Assembly: GCA_031835245.2 (NCBI GenBank)
Contig: JAVKOQ020000007.1
Location: forward strand, 310,001 to 374,000
Direction: 5' to 3'
DNA: 64,000 bases
Origin: Balamuthia mandrillaris
Taxonomy: Eukaryota
Notes under the pieces: generated by a model
Told to the model about the DNA's origin: nothing
The model's input: only the letters and a program-made list of their open reading frames with translations
Database searches by the model: none
Translations under genes and position numbers: made by a program
Shown here: positions 46,201-62,684 of the stretch, piece after piece
Layout of the letters: the number at the start of each line of letters is the position of its first letter
How positions within the stretch are numbered: the first letter of the stretch is position 1

Positions 46201-48426
46201 TTTGAAGAACTTTCAAGCTTTTTAAAGGCCAGAGAAGAACAAGTTCCACATTTGTCTATTCACTATCGTCATCAAGAACAAGTTCTTCGCGATATTCCTT
46301 CATCCATGTTTTTGCACTACAACTCTCCAAAGCACGAAGAAAGCAGCAAGAAAGAAGGAGAAGGAGCCGGACTAAACCTACTTTCACAACTTCCTGTACT
46401 CTATCTTTCCAAAGCTATAGAGAGTGACGTGGATGAATTCGCAAGCGAAATGACTACTTTTGTTCAATCTCTTCTCGCCTCGTCTTCTTCTCCCTCGTCT
46501 TCTCAACAATTTTCTTCAATGTTGTCTTCCTCCTCCTCTTCGACGACATTACCAACGACCAACGATTGGGAGCATTACTTTGCTCGTTATGCCGGCACAC
46601 GAGAAGATCTCCAGTTTACCAACTACTCCACAACGAGAACCAAAGCAAATAACTTGATGATGAATTGCAGCATTTCTCTTGAAGAAGCGAAATGGATCTT
46701 AGAAGAAGGCGAAATGAAGGATCAAATGCAAGTGATAACGAAGGAAGACATCGAAGCAGAAGAAGATGTCATCGTCATCGGATTCAAGTATCGTCGAGAA
46801 GAGGATCGCTGTCCTCTTCCGTTAACAACAACGCTGGCAGCAAAGCCGAAGATGGAACGTCGCCGTCGAAGCAACACAAGAAAGAAAAACAGAAGAAGCA
46901 GGAGTCAAAGTATTTACGCTGAGAAAGAACAAGCGAACGAAAAAGAAAACGAGGAAGAAAATGAGGAAGAAGTATTTGCTTCGGTGATTTCGTTGCAAAC
47001 GTCAACGGGACAACAGTTGGAAGTGAATTTGGATTCGGAGCAGTTGAAAAAGTTGATGTTGGAGTTGTTGGATGACGTCGACGACATGGACTTTTTGGCA
47101 GAAGTGGTGAAGCAAAAGAGGAAAGAGAAAGAGAGGAGGCTTTTGCAGATGAGGATGCATAGAGGTAGTACCCCGGCGTCGCCCACAATAATGACACCCC
47201 CAAAGAAAGAAGAAGACAAGGAGAGAAGGAGTATCAACAACAAAGAAAAGGAGAAAGAGGAGACAGAAAAGGCTCAACAAGAAAAAGAAGAAAAAGGGAA
47301 AGAGAAAGCAATACCTAACGAACAGATTAAACACAGAGGAGGTGAAGAAAGGCCAAAAGAAGAAGAAGAAGAAGAAGAAGAAGAAGAAGAAACCGAACAA
47401 GAACGAGAGAAGGGAAGAACCGTAGTTCCAGTTGTGGATTCTGTTGTTCTTCCGTCAGACCCGCTATCAAGTGCAATCATTCAACCTTTCATCATACAAC
47501 CATCTATCATAACATGGCAAACGGTTCAAAGTCATCTTCACCGCAGCAATAACTTATTTCCTTCATCATCTTCTGCTTCGTCATCACGACCTGTTATTCA
47601 TCTCTCGTTTCGAAGTTTGGGAAGGCTTGTTGAAGAGTCTGTGCTTGAACGATTTCATTCTTATGATAGACCTTCCTTTGGTGATTATCTTCCTTTTAAT
47701 TTATCTCTTTTTTGAACCAATCTGCTAACACGATCTCGTATTTTCTGTTAAAGTGTATAACAGGTCATCTTCAGCGCTGGCATACATGAGAGAATGCGAA
47801 GAACGAGATGCAGTGATAAAAGAGTACATACGAAGTTGGCAATGGAGCAACAGCCGCCGCTTCAATCTGCTGCGCAAACTCGTTCTTCAGCCCTCCTTGT
47901 TGCTCGGGTCCTTCTCCAACAATGTATGTATATTCTTCTCCTTCAGAATAGGGCGGAAACAGAAGAGGCAAAGATTGAATAACAAACTACCTTTATAAAA
48001 AAACAGGTGTTGGTCTACGAGTTTGATTGGGAAATACCGTACTATTGCAATCAAGAGGACTCCAACAACAATGACGACAGAGCTGATCTTATCTGTTGCA
48101 ACGGAGAAGACGGATTAGACTTTCTCATCGTCGTAATAATCGCACGTTCTGAAGAAGATGAAGAGCGTGCACCAAACAAACCTTCAAAGAGAATACGAAG
48201 AGATGAAAAACTGGCCAAAGCACGAATGCGGTATTATTGCAAAGTGTTTAGAGATAGCCACCCATGGGCGAGATCCATTCATGCGGTGACGTATAGCGAA
48301 AGCGATGGAGTCATTGACCGGATGAGACTTCGTGGATTGCACGAAACGAGCCGAACGCCTAGAACAAGAAAGGAAAAGGAAACAGAGGGAGAAGAGGACG
48401 AGGAACGGGAAGAAAATGATGAATGA
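40291..48426 (+). CDS. Sacsin/NO VEIN-like large protein with N-terminal GHKL (HATPase) domain, multi-exon
   Basis: LADQLYSREHHFILELLQNAEDN, NNEVGF...AIC.VGDSTK, IGEKGIGFKSVF, VFAFLPT...GLPFHVNADF..ASRE...WNEW, plus repeated W..C(I/V)W.D...L..FF..LG units. Confidence 0.88.
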
Positions 48427-48449
48427 AGGGCATATAATTCGGGAGATGT

Positions 48450-49470
48450 TATTTTGTCAGTCGGATTTCCTTTAGAGCCTGTTTTCTGTCTTTTTCCTGC
48501 AATCCTTTCAGCAGTTGATCGTTCTGTTGGAAATAGCAGTGGCATTGGCACATTCGTGGTGAGCATTATTCTGGGTTCTCTTCTATGCCTCTTCTTTGCT
48601 TCTCTCCTCGCTGTTCTCTCTTCTCTCTTCTCTATTCGCTCACTCTCTCCTTCTCACTCTCTCTCTTTCTCTCTTACGTACCTCAGAAAGAGCAGATTGA
48701 TACTCTTCAGGCGTCAAAGCCTCCTCCACGCCCAAGTACTTTCGCACTTGTTCTCCCGATTTCCCTTTTTATCATGAATTCGTCCACTCACATAAGCAAA
48801 CCATAAAGAACTCAAACAAGAAAGGCAGCAGAGAAAACAAACCTCGAAGAGAGTCAGCAGCTTTTCGACAACAAAGCTCCAACAACGGAGGAATGTGCAA
48901 GTAATTGGCCGCCAAAATGACAGCGAACAGCTTGGACCTGCTCCTGTTCAGACCATGCCGCTGGCACCAGGCCTCCTCCCACTCTGTGAGCTCTCTCTTC
49001 TCCATCTCTTGCTGTCTGTAGGTGTCCAGCTGCTGTTGCTGCTGCTTCGCCACCATCAACTCTGCTCCCGGTGAGTCGTCATCGCAAGTACAAAATTTAT
49101 AGCGCCTATGAAAGTCATCCTCGTCTTCCTCTTCTTCTTGCTCTTCTTCCCCCTTTTCTTTCTGTTTGGACTCGTGCTCTGTTTTTTTCTTCGTTTTCTT
49201 CTTGTTCGTTTGGTAGAACTCGGAGGTGACAAGCCAACCGCAGTATTCGATGACCAGAGAGAGAATGGAAGAGGGAACGTTGGGGAGGAAGATGGGGGTC
49301 GTCTCGTCCTCCTCATGCTCGCAGTGAGGCATGCTCTCCGGGCCGACCTCTTCTAGATCGGTGAGCATGTGTTTGACGGTACGACTGCACATGGCCACTC
49401 CCTCCGGCACGTCAAAGATCTCGCCGTCGGCACTTTCCAGCCGCAACGCTTTGCCTGCGCTTCGTTCCAT
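48450..49470 (-). CDS. Skp1-like protein (divergent); last exon uncertain
   Basis: LESADGEIFDV...SRTVKHML, IFLPNVPSSILSLVIEYC, LFAVILAANYLHIPPLLELCC..AD.LRG|KSGEQVRKYLGV..ALTPEE. Confidence 0.85.
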
Positions 49471-49798
49471 CTGTTTCTTTTTTGTGCATATTTTATTTTT
49501 TCCCCGATCAAAACATAACCACTCTCTTGTCTGTCCGCAACAACTATATTGTCTACTTTCCTGTCTGTCCACAACAATTAGAGTAATGTCGACATTTTCA
49601 TTGCCTGAATTCCGAAAATTGTTTTGATTCATGCCGACACATCAATACGTCAGGTCAATTGGACGTCAGCTTGTGCACGATAGGCAACGAGGAAAATAAA
49701 TAAAGGTGTCCCCTCATAAATGAAACGCAAAAACAAGAAAGAAGAAGAAAAAATTGTTGGGAAGCAGTAACGAACGACGGGAGGGGGCAGGGTCGTAG

Positions 49799-51876
49799 AT
49801 GGAGCACGAAACCAGAGGAGAGGTGTTCTCCTCGGCGGCAACGAGCAGTTGGCGGGACACCCCGCGTAAAGGACGGGGAGGAGCGTTGTTTGGGATCGGA
49901 ACGCGGCACGTCATCAACGTGCTGTTACTCAGCCTCGGCTTCTTTGGTCTCTTCTTCGCCTATGGGTAAAGCCATCCCTTCTTCATCAATCTTTTTTTTC
50001 AGAAAACTTACTTTTTTTCGCCCTTCCTTTCAGCACTACCCAAAACCTTTTGAGCAGCATCGTGCCAGAAAAACTGGGCTACTGGAGCTTGGCCACCATC
50101 TATGCCAGCTTCTGCGTGTCCTCTCTGCTGGTGGCCACGCCCGTGGTGGAGCTGCTCAAGCCCAAGTGGGCCATGATCTTTGGCGCCCTCGGCTATTTGC
50201 TCTTCCTGATAGCCAACTTGCATCCGCGTTGGTGGACGCTCATTCCGGCTGCCGTTATTCTGGGCATTGGTGCTGGCGTTATTTGGACGGGACAGGGTTT
50301 GATTTGCTCCTCTTTCTTGTTATCTCTTCTCTCTACTCTCTCCTCTCTCCTCTATCCTCTCTCCGCTCTCCTCTCTCTGCTCTGTCTTCTCTCCGCTTTG
50401 CTTTCGTGCTCTGTCGTTTCGTTCTGCGTGTCTGCTTCTTTGTTCTCTTTAGTATTTTTTCTTCACTTTTTTTCGAATATAGATTGAACATTTGCTTCTT
50501 TGAAAAACAACGTTCAGGGGCATATCTAACGAGTGCTGGAGTGAACTATGCGGCAGCCAGAAATGAACCCACCAAGTCAGCAATGGGTTTGTTCAACGGC
50601 ATTTTCTTTGGCATTTTCATGGTTTGAACGAAACACAAAGAACATATTTTTAAAAAAAAATAAGAGTGACACAAGCAACTTTCAGGAGAATGAAAACTAA
50701 CTTCTTCTTTGTTGCAACAGTTGACACAAGTGTTGGGCAACTTGATAGGCAGCTTGATATTGATGTATGGCGGCAGCGATCAAGAAAGAGCCATCGACAT
50801 TTTGTTCTACTGCTTCATCGGTGTAGCTGCGTTTGGCATCGCTGTATTTCTCCTTTTGGGAAGAGAGAAGAAGGCAAACGAGCTGGCCTATGAAGAAATC
50901 GTTAGCGACAGTGAAGGCGAAGGGTACCCTTCTCACTTGTTATTTGCGTTCTTTTCCCCTATCCCTAAGGGCGCATCAACAACCAAAGGAACACGCCTAG
51001 ACCTGTAAAAAAGATACCAGCGCAAGGGTCGTTCATGATGAGAACGCTGAACAATGTTGCCCAAGCCTTTTTGCTGCTGCGGGACGTGCGAATGTTGCTA
51101 TTAATCCCCATCCTTATTTATACTGGCTTAGAACAAGGCTTTACTTTTGGAGACTTTACGTCAGGTACTCAACGAGTTTCTTCTTCTTCTTCTTCTTCTT
51201 CTTCTTCTTCTTTTTCTTCTTTCCCTTGTCTTCTCGTATACTTTGCTTGAGTGAATGTGACTAACATTTGCGTTCATAAGACATTGTAAAGGAATCCAAA
51301 GGAAAAGAATGGATAGGATACATCCTCTCCGTATACGGCCTCTTTGACGCCCTTGGCAGCGTGGTCATCGGCAAAGTAGCCGACCGCCTGGGCAAAAGAG
51401 TGGTGCTGGCCGTAGGCGTACTCTGCCATATCATCTTTTGCACCTTCTACCTCGTTTTACCCGAGTTCAAGGATTGGGATTTCTTTGGCTCTCACCTCTA
51501 CACGCTCTTCATCAGCGCTGCCTTTCTCGGCGCCGGCGACAGCTGCTTCAACCTCTTTGGCCCGATCATGATGGGTGTATTCTTCTCGGACAAAGCGGAG
51601 GCGGCCTTCTCCAACTTGAAGCTGTGGCAGTCCATCGGCTCAGTGGCGGCCTTCTCCTGGGGTCCGGTGTTGATGCTGCGCTATAAGCTGGTCATATTGG
51701 TGGCGGTGCTCTTGGTTGCCATTAGTTGTGTTGTTGTGTTGGACTTGTTTGTGGCTTCCATCAACTCCGTTGCTGACAACAACAAGCAGGGAGACGAGGA
51801 GGAGGAAACCGGGCAGCCACCCGTATTCGAATCGGCTTCACCTGCTGCTGTGGTAACCACCAGTGTAGTAAACTAA
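49799..51876 (+). CDS. UNC-93-like/MFSD11-like MFS membrane protein
   Basis: SLGFFGLFFAY...QNL, LGYWSLATIY, LGIGAGVIWTGQG.YL, GLFNGIFF and YTGLEQGF.FGDFT. Confidence 0.88.
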
Positions 51877-52026
51877 CTTAATATAACGCATTTTTCGTTT
51901 AAGTCCCATCTCTTTACTGGGAGCAGGTTTGTGTCACTATCCCAAAGTACCGAAGGAGAAAACGAAGCAGAGAAAGGACGTCTTTCCTTCTTCGCAGCTG
52001 CTTTTGTTTGTTTACGTTGAGGCTCA

Positions 52027-52260
52027 AAGCGGGTAACCGCACCCATCCCGACTCGCAAAAGTAGTGCAAGCACAGATGGGCGCCGCTCCCCTGGTCCAAA
52101 AAAAGCGAAAAACAAGAGAAAAAAGAGCCGAAAAAAAATTTCGGCCCCATTTTTCTCCGTGTCGTTGTGGAATGGTTTGTTTGGGTGTCAGCAAATGTGC
52201 ATCATCTCTTTGCGATCATCAACGCACATCACTCGATCCCAGATAAGGACAGGCTAAATT
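52027..52260 (-). ncRNA. Candidate unannotated structured RNA
   Basis: Preceded by TGTCGACA (52329-52336) and TATAAATA (52290-52283). Three hairpins whose G-U pairs form only on the minus strand. Confidence 0.4.
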
Positions 52261-52389
52261 TTTCACTCCTCAGGAGTTGGCCTATTTATAATTTGCGTTC
52301 CCCGACTTTTTATTGTGGGAGGAAATGATGTCGACATCATTCTTATCGTTCCGAACATTCTTTTCTTTTCCCTTCTTCTCCCGTCTTCT

Positions 52390-52554
52390 TTACGCGAGAG
52401 TAAAGTCACCAGAGGCAGACATGGTCGCGGGGAGGCCTGTGTCGAGCCATCCATCGGCACCAAGCACCTGCTTCGTTGCCGCATCGTCCTCCCAATACTT
52501 TTGCATTGTGTTGTATCTGTAGAATTATTTTTTTTTGTTTTCAAAAAAGTCAGT

Positions 52555-52590
<36 letters not shown>

Positions 52591-54500
52591 ACAGATAAGG
52601 AGGAAATACCCTTTCACATAAAGCTTGCCGCTAACGCCTGGCTTCACAATTGTGCCTTTGTTGTCCACCACTTTAGCCTTTTTTTTTCAAGAATAAATAT
52701 TTAAAATGAACGAGAAAAATCAGAGAATGGGAGGAAGGAAAGCAGCAAGAAAAGGGGAAATAATGAATGCCTTTTTGTCTTCTTCTTACTACAAAAAAGA
52801 AAAGAAAGAAAGCAAAGAACAGAAAATAAAATTGAGAGGAGTACAAACCTCAACATGAGGCAAAAGCTTGCCAGCAGAGGCGGAGGACATGCCGTCCTTG
52901 ATGCTTCTGTGGAGGAAGGCACCGCCAGCCTCCGTCGTGCCGTGAGCAATCACGACGTCCTCCAGTTTGAGGGAGGCAAGGGCCTCCTCCGCTAGCTGCG
53001 ATACTTTCTCTGTGTTGAGTGCTCCAAATTGGGGATCATTCACTGCAGGAAGGAATAGAGTAAGAAAATGAATAAGAAGAAAGAGATGGCAATAAAGAAC
53101 GAAAAAGAAAAATGACAAAGCAAAGCAAAAGAGAAAGCAAAAGATTATAGACAATCAGAACTTCATAAGACAAAGAGGAAAGCTGATAATGGCGAGGATG
53201 AACAGGGAACATACCAACAACGATCTTCTTCAAGGTGTTCAGTTTAACTTTGGAAAGCAAGGGGTTTTGGAGGATGGCTTGCAGTTGCGGAGCAGTGCAG
53301 TGAAGCCAAGTGCAGGAGTCCCTCTCGATGGTCTTCAGCACACGCTCTGGCGTGAACACGTGGTCCGAGAGAACCACCACAGAGCCTCTTGTCAAGCAAG
53401 CCAATGTACCTTTGGAGAATAGAAGCGGAATTGGAAATGAGAAAAGCAAAGAAAAAAAAGATTACAAAAAAAGCGAAGATTGTTGTTACCCGTGGAGAAT
53501 CCAAGAGCTGATTGCAATGGAGAAGCAAAGCAAACGCGGTCATCAATGGTGAGCCCCAACACGCTTCCAAACTGGGCGGCCGAATTTATAACGCTACGAT
53601 GACTAAATGCTGCTGCCTGTTAAAGAAAGCATCACAAAAAGCAAAAAATAAATAAAATTAAAGATGGAATTAATCAGTAAGGGAGGACAAGAAAAAAGCA
53701 AAAACAGAAAAAAAAAAGAAAAGAACGGAGAGCGAGAAGAGAAGCAGAAATACGAACGCGAGGAATGGAGTGTTTAGTGTGGAACGAGATGAAGGTCTCG
53801 TCCGGTTTTACTACGCCAGGATTGGGCAACTGGCTTGGAGTAGCATCCACCCATATCATATCCCTTAACATAATGAATCCTATTTATTTATTTTTTTTTT
53901 TGAAGAAAAAAGTCAGACTAAGAGAGGAAATGGGAGAAAAAGGAAGAGAAAAGAGGAACCAGCTTCTCTGTCGGACCCATTCTGCAGGAGAAAACGAAGA
54001 CTAGGAAACTTTTTAGATTTGAAGGGAACCTCATAAACAGGCCCTATGGTGGGTCATGGCATACATTGGTTCCAAACAATGATCGAGTTTTCAAAAAAAA
54101 AAAAAAACAACAACAACAACAACACATGCGGTTAGCACCAGGAGAAAAGGGAGAATAATAACAACTCGCGCCTACATTCTGCTAGCTCGGGAACGATTTT
54201 GGAGGTAAAGAAGTCTATATTATCTCTGCCGCGCACCTTTTGAGGCACGATTACTGCTTTAGGCTTCAGCGACTTGATAGTGTGTCTGTGTTCATCCGAT
54301 CGCATTAGAACGGGAAAACCTTCTGTTTGAAAATTCAGAAAAGGGTTTTAGCTTGAACGTACTCGATTGCCTCTTGGGAAGCGAGAGGGTCCATGCACGC
54401 CACACGAACGCCTGCTTTTCCAGTGGCCAATTGGAGAATGAACTATTACAGTTTTTTGTCAGGTGTCATGGCTATAAACAATTGAGGAAAACAGAAAAGC

Positions 54501-54543
<43 letters not shown>

Positions 54544-54879
54544 CAGAAAGAACGAGAGAAGAGATATAAGAATAAAGAAAGAGGAGGAGAGACAGAACAT
54601 ACCGTTTCAGTGTCGTCGGGAAGCATAAGGCCAAAGCAGTCTCCTAACTTTCTGTGCGTTCTGATGGTTCCGAAGCCATTGGCATAGTTGTCCACATTCT
54701 CGTTCAGCTTCAAGAAGGTGAGCTTGGTGTTGTACTGGTGCTCCGCAATGAAGGCGTCCCTGTGTTCCAAACGCTCCGCAGCGCCCTCGACAATGTCCCG
54801 GACTGTTTTGTCCTCTACCAGCGGAAGCTTTCCCTCCTCGCCCTTTGCTTGCGAGGTCTTGTACTTTTCTACACGACGA

Positions 54880-54919
<40 letters not shown>

Positions 54920-55171
54920 AACAAGAGAGACAAGGAAAGAGAGGAGAGAGAAGAACAAGCAAAGTTTAGACCGTTTCACGAGAATAAAATCAAAGGGAAA
55001 AAAGTAGCCGGTTGAAAAAATAAAAAAGAAAAATAAAATACCAGAGGAGGAAGCGCTAGCGTAAAGGCGAGCGTTGTTGGAGAGAGGGGCAGAGGAGGAA
55101 CGCCGAAGAAGCGAAAAGGTAGCCGAGCCGCTGTCGAAGCCGACCTTTTGTCTAACGAGTGTTCGCAACAT
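52390..55171 (-). CDS. Mitochondrion-targeted acyl-CoA synthetase (ACSF2-like) homologue, degenerate and C-terminally truncated
   Basis: Arg/Ser-rich presequence MLRTLVRQK..., LPLVEDKTV, LKTIERDSCT.LH, HGTTEAG, GKLYVKG|YNTMQKYW and GWLDTGL followed by a stop. Confidence 0.8.
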
Positions 55172-55630
55172 GCTTGGTTGTGTATACTTCTAAAAAAAAA
55201 AAGATCAACAACGCTCCCTTGCTGACCGGCTATTTCAGCAGTGGTTCAATGGAAAAGAAGGATTTTGGATGAAGAAGGGTGGAACAACAACCAAGAACAA
55301 AAAAAATAAAATAAAATCCCTCTCTGCTTTCCCTCTTCCTTTTCTTCTCTATTTTTTTTTCTTTTTGGGGCCAAAAAAAAAAAATAAATAAATAAATAAA
55401 TATTCCGGTATGCTGTACATGTCGTGCACGATTATTTCACCTTTTGTGCACCCAAGGTCAAACGAACAAGCTCGACCTGTGCAGTTATTGTTCAGCGTTA
55501 CCTATCTTCTCTCCTCTCTCCTATCTTCCCTCCTCGCTCGTCTCTATAGACATCCCGCGTTGCTCTGAATAGAGAGAAACAACCAAATAAATAAATAGCT
55601 TTTCACACAAACGAACCAACACCAAAAGCT

Positions 55631-59270
<3,640 letters not shown>

Positions 59271-59720
59271 AGCGCAAGGCCACTTCTGCCCAACTATGCC
59301 CGAGACTTGATCTTTTCGTTGTTGAAGTTGGAGGACAAACGTGTTAGACGGTTCTTGGAATAAATTCAAACGCACGCAAAGCAAAGGAGGAACTACCGAC
59401 TGGAGCCCAGCCAACAAATCTCTCCGCTCCTGCTCGCCACCTCTCGGGAGACTTCATTGGGTTTCATTCTATCTTTTTTTTAACCGACACTGCAAAATTC
59501 ATGCTTGATTTCATCAACCGGTTCCGTGGTGCAACGGTAGCACGTGAGCCTAACACGCTCAAGGTCGCGAGATCAACACTCGCCGGAACCAATTTTTTTG
59601 TAGTTCCTTTTTTCTTTTTTTTTCCAGTCAAATGGTGCACAAGTTGTGTGCTAAACAAGCAAGAATGTCAAGAATGCGCATACCAAGAATTTATCACCCA
59701 AAAAAAAAAAGAAAAAAGAA

Positions 59721-60355
59721 ATGAAGAGGACGACGAACCTCCGCCATTCTTTCTCCTCCGGCGGGAAGACCGCCTCCGCCACCACCACGTTGCTGAACGG
59801 AGGTGCCCCTCCTCGGATGCTCTCTCGCGGGACCGTGGTTGCGCCCATTCCTCTGCTGAGAGGAGGATCTGCTACTTTCTTCAACCACCACTGCTTCGCT
59901 TCGACCTCTTCTGCTTCTCGTCTCTCTTCCTTTTCTGAGAGAGTGAGGAGCGGCCCTTCTCTCAAAGACTTTTTACAAAGCGGGAGCGGGCATGACACAG
60001 CCACGGAGGAGGCAGAGGAGCCCTGGTTGCCCTCATCCGTTCCCTCTCTGGATGCCAACGCGAGGAAAAGCATAGGTGAGGGGCGCTCGGTCTTTGTGGA
60101 GACGTATGGTTGTCAGATGAACATGTCCGACACCGAGATTGTGCTGTCGATCATGCAAGGCGCTGGCTTTGGTCGTGCCGACTCTGTCGAAGAGGTTTTA
60201 TTTTTTGTTTTTGCTCGTTCTCTTCTTCTTGCTACCTACTCACATACGACCACTGTTCTTTCTTCAAAGGCGGATGTGATCTTTGTCAACACTTGTGCTA
60301 TTCGTGATAAAGCTGAACAAAAAGTTTGGGATCGTCTCAACTATTTGAAAAGGTA

Positions 60356-60409
<54 letters not shown>

Positions 60410-60452
60410 CCGCTCTCACGCTCTCTTTCTCGTTCTTGTCTCTCACGCTCTC

Positions 60453-60509
<57 letters not shown>

Positions 60510-61519
60510 ATCTCTCTCTATTCCTTCTCACAACCGATTTACAACAAACAACAAACAGTTTAAAGAGACAGAACAAAAGACAGAAAAGAGTGGTGGGAGT
60601 GTTGGGTTGCATGGCGGAGCGTTTGAAGACGCGGCTGTTGGAGTCGGATCGGTTGGTGGACCTTGTGGTAGGGCCAGATGCCTACCGCTCCCTTCCCTCC
60701 TTGTTGATGGAGGTGGAGGGTGGACAGCACGCTATGAATGTGCAACTCTCCATTGATGAGACTTATGCTGACATCACGTGCGTTTGATGAGAGACTGGAG
60801 AGAGCGAGAGAGAGAGAGAGAGAGAGAGAGAGCAGAAAGAGAGCGAGAGAGAGAGAGAGCAGAAAGAGAGCGAGAGAGCAGAAAGAGAGAGCGGAACAGA
60901 GAGAGAATGATATTAACTACAATCGCTTCTTAATTATATAGGCCAGTAAGATCTTCTGCTAATCAAGTTTCCGCTTATCTGTAAGTGCCTCTTTGATCGT
61001 TTTGTTTGGCGTTTGTTGTTCTCATCTTGTCTTTTTGTCTTCTTTGTAATTTTTTTAAAAATATTCAGGTCCATTATGAGAGGTTGCAACAACATGTGTT
61101 CTTACTGCATTGTACCTTTCACAAGAGGACGTGAACGAAGCAGACCTGTCGACTCCATTGTTGAGGAAGTACGACAGTTGTCTGCGGAGGGCGTCAAAGA
61201 GGTTGTTCTGTTGGGGCAAAACGTGAACTCCTACAACGATCTTTCTTTGGGTCCATCCTCTTATCAATATCATGCTGATTCTAGGGATAGCATTTCCGCT
61301 TCCATTGATGGCGAAGATTACGGAGAAGAACAGGACGAAGAGGAGGAAATCGTTCAAATCGAAGGATCATCACCGCAACGTTTGAGTAGGGGCTTCTCCG
61401 AGCTGTATAAGAGAAAGGAGTGGGGTGTGCGGTTCGTGGAGTTGATGGATAGAGTATCCCGGGTGGACCCTGAAATGCGTATCCGATTTACAAGCCCCCA
61501 TCCAAAAGATTTTCCAGAC

Positions 61520-61560
<41 letters not shown>

Positions 61561-62550
61561 TTTGGACGAAACTAATGCATTACCCAACAAAAATGTAGCT
61601 GCTGTATTTGATAAGAGATAGACCCAACCTTTGCAACGCCATTCACATTCCTGCTCAAAGCGGAAGCACGTCCTTGTTAAAGCGAATGAGAAGGAACTAC
61701 TCCAGAGAATCCTATCTTGCTCTCATCGAACGTATCAGAGAAATCATACCAGGTATTTATTTTCCATTTGCTGCCCAGTGATCGTATTTCTTGGCTGCTT
61801 CATAATAGTTAAATTTGTTTTGAAAATAGGGGTATCGCTCTCATCAGACTTCATTGCCGGATTTTGTGGTGAGACAGAGGAAGAACACCAACAAACATTG
61901 TCGCTAATAAAAGAAATCAAGTACGATCATGCATTCATGTTTGCCTATTCGATGCGAGAAAAGACACACGCTCACCGTAAGATGCAGTACGCTATTTCTC
62001 TCTCTCATCCTTTTCTTTTTCCTGTAAAACTTATGGCAACGATTATTTGAACAGAGATGATGTTCCTCCTGAAGTGAAGCAGCGGAGACTGAAAGAAATT
62101 GTAGACTTGTTCTATGGCATTGCTGCTGAAAAGAACACCCAAGAGGTTGGCAAAAGGCACTTGGTTCTTGTTGAAGGGGTTTGTCCTATCTCTTTGCTTG
62201 CTCATGTGTTTATATCTTTTCTCTCTTCTCTTCCCTCTGTCTCCTTCTTCAACTTCTGTTCCATGGTTTTTCTGATTGTTTCGTTCTTTCAGAAAAGCAA
62301 ACGATCCGAACATGAACTGTTCGGCAGAACGGACACCAACAAGAAAGTTATCATTCCAGACGTGCCTGTCTCTTCCGTTTATCATCCTCCATTACAACAG
62401 CACTCCAACGGCATGGTGAAACTCAACGTTGGAGATTATGTTGTTGTGGAGGTGGAGTCTTGCACGGCCATCAGCCTGCGTGGCGTTCCGCTCGCCAGAA
62501 CCACTCTTTCTCACTTTGCTGCTTCTAACAATACAGTTGGACGGCGGTAA
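59721..62550 (+). CDS. CDK5RAP1: Mitochondrial tRNA 2-methylthiotransferase (MiaB/CDK5RAP1)
   Basis: [21 protein letters not shown], radical-[35 protein letters not shown] and a TRAM domain. Confidence 0.96.
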
Positions 62551-62599
62551 GAATACAAGCAACCTTTATTTATTTCTCCCTCTTTTGCTCTTCTTTTTC

Positions 62600-62643
62600 T
62601 TCTTCTTGTTGTTGTTGTTGTTGTTTTATGTTGTTGTTTTATC

Positions 62644-62684
<41 letters not shown>

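Noticed and set aside
52182..52241. SECIS element (ATGA...AAA...TGAT)
   Set aside because: Helix II is far too short, and the upstream gene has no in-frame TGA that I saw.
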